From positions 4,149,812 through 4,213,811 of the forward strand of contig NC_092675.1 of assembly GCF_964355755.1 (NCBI RefSeq): DNA of 64,000 bases, in the 5' to 3' direction. Every line of letters starts with the position of its first letter. The first letter of the stretch is position 1. The notes under the pieces were generated by a model. That model had not been told where the DNA came from, ran no database searches, and saw only the letters and a list, made by a program, of their open reading frames with translations. The DNA comes from Antedon mediterranea (lineage: Eukaryota > Animalia > Echinodermata). This document shows, piece after piece, positions 40,025 to 52,000 of the stretch. The position numbers were made by a program, and so were the translations under genes.

Positions 40025-43000
40025 ATGAATGGTGAGGTACCCTCAGTTCCTATTACGACATTGGCCGGTATTTCAAGTCTTACAGACTGTAAGTATTGCA
40101 TACGTATTTCTTTATATTATTGTTGTGTAGGAGTTTGTTTCAGTCATTCTAAGCTTTTGTATCATGGGATCCTGATCTTAATCTTCTTTATATTTAGTGT
40201 TAACAGAGTTGCCGTTGCTCTCACCAATGCCCAATACTGTTGGCATACATATTTCTTTATATTATTGTTGTGTGGGAGTTTCTTCCAGTCATTCTAAGTT
40301 TTTTGTATTATAGGATCCTGATCTTACTGTTCTTTATCTTATAGTGTTATCAGAGTTGCCGTTGCCCTCCCCAATGCCTAATACTGTTGGCATACGTATT
40401 TCTTATATTATTGTTGTTTGGAAGTTTGTTCCAGTCACCCTAATTTTTTGTATTCTAGGATCCTGATCTTAATGTTCTTTATCTTTAGTGTTATCAGAGC
40501 TGCCGTTGCCCTCATCAATGCCCAATACTAAGTGATATTCAGTTATCCTAAGCTTTTGTATTATAGGATCCTGATCTTAATGTTCTTTATCTTTAGTGTT
40601 ATCAGAGCTGCCGCTGCCCTCACCAATGCCCAATACTAAGTGATATTCAGTTACGGTATCCTAAGCTTTTGTATTATAGGATCCTGATCTTAATGTTCTT
40701 TATCTTTAGTGTTATCAGAGCTGCCGTTGCCCTCACCAATGCCCAATACTAAGTGATATTCAGTTATCCTAAGCTTTTGTATTATAGGATCCTGATCTTA
40801 ATGTTCTTTATCTTTAGTGTTATCAGAGCTGCCGTTGCCCTCACCAATGCCCAATACTATTGGCAACAAAAGTTTGCTCTACAGTCCGCATGTTGCAGAA
40901 GAAGCCAGACGTTTGTTGAATGGTAAGGATGACAACAGTCTACTTCAAGTGGTCCAGGCTCTCAGTCAAACCAACACAGAATACATGTAAGTGATGATTC
41001 TTTAAAGATATTTTTGCTATTTAGAAAATTATTCTTTTAGTTCTTGTCTAGATTAAATTATTATATTATAAAATAACACATTAAGCACAGAACATTAGTT
41101 CTAAACCACCCGATGATATACTGAAATTTAATTTTTTTGAAATGAAAAATAAGGATGAAATCTGTGAGAATGAGAAAATGTCGCCCCATCCAAGACTTCA
41201 AATTAAATCATTAGAAAATAATAAAATAAGGATCTACTTACTGTTAGAGTAGAAACCCTAATTTACACACCCACTATGAAGGAGACACTTTGTCTGGTCC
41301 TGAATGGCGTCCCCTTAATAGGAGTTCTACTGTATCGAAATAAAATAAACATCACACTTTGGTGTTAAGATTTCAACCTCATGAATATGTCAAACTGTTT
41401 CCATCCATCTTGATCAACCATACCTTTTGTAGCTAACTATTAATTGTCACGTTTTGGCTGTTTGCCAAATTTTTCTATTTAATTGAAGTCGATATGATAT
41501 GAATTCATAATTATTCATAATTAATATGATTAATAATTATTACATCAACAGAAACATTCTATATTAGGAAAAAATTATTATTAAAGTTAAATTGATTCAA
41601 ACTGTACTTTTGTTGGTTAATGCTATTAAATGTGATATAGGATATCTCTGTTTTCTTTCTTACTCATTTTAATGACAATTATTTTTATTTTAGTGAGCTA
41701 AAAGATCGAACTATGAATGATGATATTGAGGGTGATGTACCACCCTTGCTGCAGACTATTCTGTCTCATAATCCTGGCATATTTAGCAAACAGAGTAGCC
41801 CCATGACCCAGATGGAAGGTAAGAGAACTTTATGTTCATAATCATGGTTTCTTTGTTGGTAATATGGCACTGATCAGTCGTATGCCTACAAATTACTAAA
41901 TTATCTATAGAAATGCTTGCAATAAAAAATCTTTCAGTTTAAAATTAAATCTGCAATACAACGCTGACATTTATTACATGAAATTAACATGAAATGAATA
42001 AATACATTCTATTTCAGCAAATTTAACCGATTTAATTTGAATAGTTGTATCATACAAAACCTCAACAGTCTGAATTATATGTCTCATTAAGTCAAAATAT
42101 TTTTTCATTTCGTCCTAATTTCGAGGGTTTCCGATATTGAGGGTTGAGATATTTTACCATGTAATGAGTTGCTCTATATAAGTCTTAGCAGGCTCACCAA
42201 GGCCAATAAAATATCTTTTTATTTGTGATTGGGTTATGTGAGATGGTCTGTATAAAATAATGAAACTTATTGTTGTGTGTCAGTTTATCACTTCAATGAA
42301 GCATATCATTAGAATAGTTTTTTCATTGTTCATTACCCTACATCTTCCAGGAGTATCACCTCGTACCGCCATGGCACCATCTCCATATTATCAGCAAGCT
42401 GACCCTTCACAGCAGCAGCAACAACCACAGCAGCAGCAGACTCAACAGCAGCAACACAGTCCTTATCCAACCTTTGGACAAGTCCAGGGTAGTCCCTCAG
42501 CTCCTTTTACTCAGAATAGCCCATCAAATTTCCCACGCCCGACGGGTGGGTTTCACCAACCATCCTCTTGCCAAGGTGGGTTTTTATTCTCTTATATTTC
42601 TTCGTTGTTTATGTTATATTTATGTTAGCTATAGTAAACAAAATAAGCATTGCATAACTTAATCTACCAAAAAAAAAGCTAAATAAAAGTATTAATTTAG
42701 AAATTTGCCTAGAGCTGGTTTTTCCTATTATTGTAAATCATCTTCAGTATAGACAAATAATATTAAATTATCTTAATTATATTATGCGATAACATTTCTT
42801 ATAAAATCTTATGCTAAAGTGAAATTCTAATTATATAGCATTTGTATTTGTAATATTTGGACTTACTTATTTTTTAACTGAACATCAAATCATGGATATG
42901 ACTTACTTTTAACTGTGTGGACGGAAAACTTAATGAACCTTTAAATTTGACGCAACTATCCATTATCAAATGAAGTGTTACTTTCTCATGTTCTTCATGT

Positions 43001-46000
43001 CTATCAATTTTATTTAGTTGGTAGTTAGTAGGATTTTAAATTTTATTATATAATAAAAGTTCTATCTACACTATCAAACTAGTTTGACAAAAAAAGTGTG
43101 ATATTCCCAAATTTGGTAGTGATATGACATCATCATGTCCATATATGGTCACATCACATTTTGTTGTCATATAAAGTTTGATAGTGTAGACAAGGCTTAA
43201 ATTATCTTTATTCCTATTTAGGATCACCAGCTACAGCCAATGTCAATGGCTATAATCCTAACCAATATTCACCAGCAGCTGGAAGTCCAGCAGTTCCTAA
43301 TATTAATAATACAACTCTTGATAAAACCAGGCCTGCTAATAGAAGTACCAAACCTGTCGCTAGTGGTAAGGCATTAACTTATCTCTATCAGTAAATTTAA
43401 ATTGTTCTATACAATTAGACAGTGTTGGTTTCTGTATTGTTTAATATCCATTCAATACAAATGATGCTGATAATTTATTTGCAATTATTTTTGTTTCTTA
43501 GCATCAATAGGTAATTACACAAATGGTGGAAAAACTGATTTAAGTGCGCGGATACCTAGTGCAACATCAAATGAAGATGCTCCTGAAGTTTCAAAGCCAC
43601 AGCTTATTAATACAGCAAGGACATCAACTCCTGGAGCACATCTACCAGGCCCATCGCATAAAGTGAGTGAAAGTTTTAATATTCATTTTTTAAAAACAAC
43701 AGCAGAATCGAATTCACCACTTACAACATGTTTAACAGAAGCATAACAACAAATTACACAAACACAGAAAAACTTTAAACTACAACGAAAGAGAGGAAGA
43801 TTGGAATTAAAAATGTTGATATGGGATGGGAAACTTAATCTACTAATATACTCATTGACTCTACTAAAGGGAATCACAGATTATATTTCTTAAATTACAA
43901 TCACCACTTCTGGTTTTTGTAATCTTTTCATGTTAATTTTCAGAAAAACTTTGGCTTGTTCTGGTATAATATAGTAATAAAGTAACAAGTTAGGCTTTTG
44001 ATTAAATGGTTTATTCTCTTCCGACAGGAAAAAACCAATGAAAGTCGCAGTAGCAACTCATCCACTTTACCACCTGTTAAAATGGCAATAACTCAACAAG
44101 AAGACAGTCAGACAGAAATTAGTACCTCAGCTACTGACACAGAACCAGAAAAGTCACATAGGAAAAAACGTAGGAAAGATAAAGATCGACAGAAAGAAAA
44201 ACATTATGATATTGTTAGTCCACCGCCAGGGGAAAAATCACTGAAGCTAAAGATTAAAATTACAAAACTTCAAACCCCTAAGGATAATACAAAGGATATT
44301 AAAGAAAGCGAACCAGTTGTTGAGAGAAATAAATCAGCTGTGGAAATGCTTGAGGAAAAACATTCCACCGCTACTGCTGAAAGAACGGTGCCACTAACTA
44401 GGACATTATCGGCAGATCGTCCACCCTCTTCTGTGCTTGATAAAACACCTCCTAGAGCAAGTAGTAGTGCTCACTGGAGTGAGAGTACCTCTCCGTCTTC
44501 CAAGCATGGTACTTCACCTAGGGCTAATGTTTCCCCGCGCGGAGCTGCTACGCCAAAGACTCCAAAAGAACCACCTAAGGAGCAACCAAAAATAGAACGT
44601 AAACATGATCAAAAGTCTCTGAAAACAATAAGGAATATTGACCAAATGAGAAAGGAATTAGAAAGGGAAAAGGAATTATTAGAAAAAGCTAAGGCTGAAA
44701 AGAAGAGGCAAGATGAACTGAAAGCGATGGAGAAGAAAGATGAAGAGACACCAGAAGGTAAAAGGACATTGTATGATTGTTGTGCGTTCACATTGAATGT
44801 GTGTCATAACCTGGTTTTGTACACAACATTTATTTATATCTTGTCTGGTGAAAAATTACCTTTAATAACCTATTGTAAGCAGTTACACAAAATAAAATGG
44901 CTTTCTTTTTTAAGAGTGTACTTTTACATGATGCACTGATTATACTTAAGAAATTACAATCAAATTTTAGTTTTGTATAAATTACTTAATTTATGTTTGC
45001 TATACAACACATTTGTTATTATTTATTTATACTGGGCGACCTCTTCAGCCAAAGACAGGTCTCACAGATGGCCCAGTTGTGAACAGTGGTTGTGATGTAC
45101 TAGTACACCGGGGAAACACCCTACTTGTCGCAAAAGATGTACTAGGTTCTTTAAAGTGCACATGAGCTAGATGTGTACACTGGACCTACGGTATAGTCCT
45201 TATCCTTAAACACATTTTTTTTTTTATCTAAGTGGTTAATGCAAGTTATTTTTTATTTATGATTAATAACTACCGTATTATTTATTTACAAGTAGACGAC
45301 GTTCAAGAGGAGTGTGAAGACATCGGTCCTAGAGGGCGAGGTATAAAGCGAGGAAGAGCAGTAAAAGGTTACCAAGAGCTTGATAGTGACGAAGAAATGG
45401 AAGTGTCAGGGGATGAAAGTAAGTAGTACTTTTAATTTTAAGTCTGTCTCATTCTATTGTATAAAAAAGAAAAAAGCCAACCACTAATATATTGTCATAC
45501 ACCCCCCATTCTAAACAATGGTACAGTCCATAATGGGTGTGAGTATTGTCCTGCTTTTTATTGTCAGAGTGGTTATTGTCCTGCATTCTTTAATTGTATA
45601 ATTTCTGTTAACAAAAATTGAAATGGAACCAGAAATGAAAGAAATATAGAATCTTTGTTATTATTTTAATTTGTTTTAGTTATGTTGACCTTGTTTTTAA
45701 ATGATAACATAACAACATTTGTGGTAATGAATTAAAATAATCATGAATGATTCCACCAAACTTTTGAGTTAAAATAACGATTGTGAGGCATTTAATTAAT
45801 GATAACATAACATTTGTGGTAATGAATTAAAATAACGATAGTGAGGCATTTAATGAATAGGCAAACTGCCTTAAAATGTGACATGTTTCGAGAAACTATT
45901 CTCATCTTTAGGACAGTAAACACCTAGAGAACTTGTATACCAATAGAACACTCGGACATTCTGATAATGTCACATTTTAAGGCAGTTTGCCTATTCATTA

Positions 46001-49000
46001 AATGCCTCACAATCGTTATTTTACTTCATTACCATGTTGTTATGTTATCATTAATTAAATGCCTCACAATCGTTATTTTAACTCAAAAGTTTGGTGGAAT
46101 CATTCATGATTTATCTAACAAATACATTTGTGCTAATACATTTTATTTTAATTTTTGAATGTAATTATTTATTTTAGATAAACCAAAGCAGGAGCCCAAG
46201 AAGCCTAAAATTATTCCCATTAAAGAAGAGGAAGAAAGTGACCCAGTTAATAAAGGTAGAATTTTATTTTGAAAATAAAAATAAAAATAATTATAACAGT
46301 ACAAATAAGGATTGATTAGTTTTGAGTTTCGTAGCAGAGCATGTTATAATATTTGTTAAAACTACTATAAAGTAGCTTTGTGTCAAAGAGCTGAGGTAAT
46401 TGGTCAGATGTCACTAAACAATTCTATTGTATTTTTCCATAACTGGGCGTTTCTGTTTTTTTAGCTTGCTTTTCACTGTAGCTTTTTCTGTATAATGATT
46501 TCTATTGTTATGCAGAATTCTATTGATCTGTAGTTTATGTTTGCTATTAATGTACTTTGTAGCTACACCCAAATACTTTGTGGACATTCACAAAACAACT
46601 GGAAGTCACTAGATTAGCATGGTTTCTAGATTGATCTATCTATCATGTAATTAATCCCATGCTATATATAAATCAGGATTAGTTTTCACATAAATATACT
46701 TTTTGATTGTAGAATTGATGGAGTCTGCCACTTTTAAGCGTTTCAATGCAGCAATTGACACCGTGTTTGACAGCCTTGAAGATGTTGATGTCACTGAAGT
46801 TGGTAAGTTCAATACTTTTTATATATATAATTGACTTGGTCTACTTAAGACCTGTGCTACAACTGGCAGTAGTTGTGCTTTATAAAATTAATTTGATTGT
46901 AGAAGTGTACTGTCAATGGCATTTAACCTTAAAGCTCTGTCTACACTATCAAACTAGTGTGATGTGCCCAAATATGGTAGTGATTTGCTTTTCTATGGTA
47001 GTGGTATGACATCATCATATCCATATGTGGGCACATCGCATGGTTTTTGTCACATAAAGTTTGATAGTTTAGACAGAGCTTAAGGGCATTTTATGTGTGT
47101 GTTAGGTGCACTCACATGCTTCTAAACACAAGGGCTGCGACATGAAGTGCCTGACTAGTCTGAATTTATTTATCAATATATATTATTAATAAGATTAACC
47201 AGATCAGTTTGAGGATTAGTAAGACTTAATAACGACTTAAAACTCAAAACGGCAACGGATCTAGCAAAAATAAAAGCACAGAATAGAAAGGAATGGAGAA
47301 ATCATGTGAGGTTCATTTCTAAAGCGTGGTTCCCACTAGCGACGCAACACAAGGACGTAACGCAACGCAAGTGAATTGACCAATCACAAGCGATGGCTTA
47401 TTCGCTTGTGATTGCTTACTGTCTATAACTTCGCTTGTCATTGGTTAAAACGCTTGCGTTGCGTTTACGTCCTTGCGTTACGTTCTAGTGGGAACCAAGC
47501 TTAAGGCAGCCCAGATGGAGAAGTACATGGACCTCTCGGCGACGAGGCTGTAAAGTAGAGTAACGGTATACAAACACTATTCTTATTTTTAATAGATGAT
47601 GAGGAAGATGGTGAATGGCCAGTTGATATGTTAATAAACAAAGCACAACTATCAGAACTTCTTTCAGAATCAGCAAAACTCAAGTCAATGGGAGTTACGA
47701 ATAAAGTAGGTTAATTTATATTATATTAAAATTTGCATATTGTATTTATCACTTAAATGGTGTTTTTTTGTAATTAATATGGTTTATTGTATTGTATTAT
47801 TAATCACCCATAAACTAGGCACAATTTCATCATCATTTCCATAAATACGCTAATCTTTTTATAGATGCCAGTGGATCGTTTAGTAAGACTATTGAATATC
47901 TTGGAACGAAACATCAGAGATGGAGCACGACTGCAACCAAATCTAATTCAGGTATTATACCTTTCAGTTTAACCACCAAATTCTAAGACCACCTTTTTCT
48001 CTGTTGAGTGAGACAGTATTTTAATAACTTAAGATTATATATAAAAGTTACATATAAACACCACAGAACATAACTTATACAGTAGAACCTGTGTTTTACG
48101 TACCCTGATTTTACGTTCCCTTGATTTTACGTACGCTTAAAATAACCGATGACGTCATCATTTTCTTACATTGAGGGCGCAATTTAACAACAACAAAGCA
48201 CACAAAGCCACAATCATGGCTGTGTGTGGAATTCTGCTGTGTGTTTGAGTCAAGCTACGCACGTGCATTTAAGCAGCGACTGTTTTTATTGATAGAAAAT
48301 ACAAGAACATTGATATTTTACACTTTATTTAAACATCTCACAGCCTGTATATACTGTACAGTACTGTACTTTTCTAGTTAGGCCTCACATCTTGCTAGGC
48401 CTGCTAGCCTGGCCTGAATAGTCTAGACAAGGCCTAGCTAGTGACAACCTGCATGCTGTTCAATAAAGTAGACAAACAGGGTAGCCTTTATAGCTACGAT
48501 CTCTACGTATTTGGGGTCAATTTAAGGTCAACCTTGATTTTACGAATCCTTTGTTTTACGTACGCCTTTTGGTCCCGTACCGTACGTAAAATGGAGGTTC
48601 TACTGTATATTATTAATTATCCATCTTCACTTATTTGATAATTATATTCATACAACTAATCATATACAGTGTAATTTCCCAATACCAAACTCTGTTAACC
48701 AGAAACCCTCTGATATCCAAAAGGTCTCAAATTCTTTTTCATCACTAAAGCCTAAAGCTCTGTCTACACTATCAAACTTTATGTGATGTGCCCATATATG
48801 GACATGACACTTTTTTTTTCAAACTAGTTTGATATTGTAGACAGAGCTTAAGGGATATTGGGAGCATTGACTGTACAGTATGTGTATACATGAGTGTTTG
48901 AGAAATCTTGTTTAATTTATATCAATTGATTTTCAGGATCATAAGAGCAGTCATGAACGTAACATGTGGAGAGAAGTGACAATGGAGCGAGTGGCTCGTG

Positions 49001-52000
49001 CCATTGATGCAACGTTAACAGCACTCTACATCATGACATCGGATGCCATGCCTAAGGAGGTCTTTATAGAGGATGTCATAGACAGGATAGCACAGCTCAC
49101 AAAATTCCATCTCATGAACACAATTTATCCTGAATTTGATCCTGTGTATAAAGTGAAACCTGATGAAAAGGGTAAGTATGGATTTAAAAAACATAATACT
49201 GTATTTAATGTGTTACTAATCATTAAATTGGAGACCAGTAAAAGGGAAGGGGAGAAGGATTAAACTTATCTGAATCATGTATAGATTTCTAAACCAAATT
49301 TTATACTTTACAACGGTAAAACTAATGCGTAATGTTATAGAAAAGGTTACTCATTATTTCACAATATTGTGCCATATACGTTTACAGTATTAACCAAAAT
49401 AAAATGAAAGCCGATTATAATAAATTTATATTTGTATATATTAGCCTACATGCAAAACGTGAAAATGAAGAGAGCCAGGGCGCATGGACCTAAGGAGAAG
49501 AGTATGCTAACATTATATACCAAACTATGTGAAGTGGTATCCAATATCGCAGAATTATTAGATGTACAGATACTTACTGATTCAACTGTGTTAGTGGTAA
49601 GTGCATGATCTATTATTTGTATCTATTTGTAGTTTAATGTTCCTAAATATTTTTATACTTTTAACCTAATGTTTTATGTATTTTTATATTCTATGAAATA
49701 CACTCAATATATTTTCCTTCCTGAGGACGAAATAAAGTGAATTGAATTTATGGAAAATGTTTTATTGACCAACATTTATATGATTAATTTAATGGAAATT
49801 TTACTTTTCAGTAAACAATAACAATACATTTAACGATTTGTTTTAAATAAAGAAGTGTTTTGAAACGAAAAAGATATGTGTCAATTAACACAGATTAAGT
49901 AGATTGCTTATATATTGAAGATTTTGTCTTTTTTGTTATAGATATCATCTCTTGGTACATCACCCTTCTTTGTAGAAAATATCAGTGAAATGCAACTCAG
50001 TGCTTTAAAGCTCATCTCTGCTGTAAGTTATTACTCAGCAAAATGCTTTTATATTACCTGTTTGTTTATATTCATTCATTCATACACATTTATTCAGTTA
50101 TAACAATAATAACTGGTGCCCGTACTAGAAGCAAGAGCTTGTCTCATGAGGGCCCTTACAATAAAAAAAGAAATATAAAACAATAAAATAAGTAAAAAAG
50201 AAAGAGATACCAACAGATAGATTTTCAGGAAAAGTGTTTGGTTACAACAAAAAAGCTTATTATGAGTGATCTTTATATTCAATGTGAACCGAAAAAATTG
50301 AGTAGCACATCATGTCTGTATTTCATTTCTGAGCATTTTATTAAATTTTATATTTTTATATTATATATTTTTAATTTTAAAATTTGTGTATTTTGTTTTG
50401 CTGAACAGGTATTTTCCAAATATGATAAACATAGGCAGTTGATTTTAGAAGACATATTTGCTTCACTTGCCAAACTTCCAACAAGTAAGAAGAACCTAAG
50501 AAGTTATAGGTAAGTTTGTAGTTATCTTATCAATATTAGCTCAATGTTTGCAACGTTATAGATCCCCCTAAAAAACACCAACAAGTGAAAAGTAAAGCGT
50601 GGTTCCCACTAGCGACGTAACGTAGCGCAACCTACGCAACGTAAGAAAATACCCTTCCGATAATTGTGTTTTCCCCCGCCTGTGTGAAATCAAACCTGCG
50701 ATTTTGCGTCATCGGTTCCAACTTGTGATTACGCAATACAGCACCTTGCGTCGATATGTCGTTGCGTTCTAGTGGGAACCAAGCTTTATAGGTAATTTTG
50801 CAACGTTATACATTTCCCCCTTAAAAACACCAACAAGTAAGAAGTTATAGATCAGTTTGCATACAAATTTTACTTTAAAAAAAGCATCAGGTATTTAGTA
50901 TTAACACACAACATATAAATTTACGCAGATTGAATTCAGAGCAAAGTATTCAAATGGTAACTGCATTAGTACTACAGTTGATACAGTGTGTGGTCAACCT
51001 TCGTAAGGACAGGAGTGAAGACAAGAATAAAGACGATTCTTCTTCTGATGATGATGATTCAGATGTAGAAGATACCAAAAAAGAAACTCACAAGGTATAC
51101 ATTATGATCCTATTCCTTATTTCTGTATTCTTGTTACTTATGCCCTGTCTACACTATCAAACTAGTTTGATAGTGTAGACAGAGCTTTACATTTTCTTTA
51201 TATATACCATTTAAAGCTCTGTAGACAAAAAAAGTGTGATGTGCCCAAATATGGTAGTGATATGACATCATCATGTTTATATATGGGCACATCACATAAC
51301 GTTTGATAGTGTAGACAGAGCTTAAAACTATCCAAACAGCAAATTTGTTTGCATGTTACTATTTACTTACTGATATCATACTATATATTTACTGATATGA
51401 AACATAGTTTTAAGTTATGAAAATGAGCCAGGATTTGAACCCAGGAGCTTGTGGTTGATAAACAAAAACACATTATTGTTTGGTTTCTCATTATGTTTTA
51501 TTTTTGTTCAGGTTTCTGATGTTGAAATTATTAGTCAATATGAAACAGCAAGGAGGACAGGTCAAAGCTTTCTGGCTGCGTTTCTGAAAAAGTAAGTTCT
51601 TAGCCATACAACTTATTCATACCTACTGAATTTATTAATTGAAATGTACAATTTAATCTTAATGTCTACCACTATTTCATTGTGATTACTGTACGCATCC
51701 ATTTCAATTCGTTCACTCAATTAAATGCATTTAAACAAACATACGTATACAGTGTATAATATATGGGTGGAAGGAGGTCACAGTAAGTTTGTTGAACTTT
51801 AAGTCGTGACCCCCGTATCAGTATAATAATAAGGATCCCAACTGAAATAAGATTTTTGGGCTATCCTGAAAATCTTTTATAAATGTATTTATTTGTAATG
51901 TCAGTAATTTATGTTATCAAGTTGTGTGTATGTTTTATGATTTCGTAATAGATTTAAATCAAAATCAGTACCGTTTTAACATTTTTTTAAGTTAGATAAT

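Noticed and set aside
40198-40760. Mutually exclusive alternative exon cluster
   Set aside because: Units 1-5 are partial exon copies without a convincing in-frame donor. The weak AA|GTGATA would give a 43-nt exon omitting most of conserved exon 3.
40150-40865. CRISPR-like regularly spaced repeats
   Set aside because: The intervening sequences are themselves repeated, the repeat is NIPBL exon/intron sequence, and the context is eukaryotic with no cas genes.
49721-49750. Minimal hammerhead-like CTGAGGACGAAA
   Set aside because: No flanking stems; it runs into AATAAA and (TGAAT)n, which fits a LINE 3' tail remnant.
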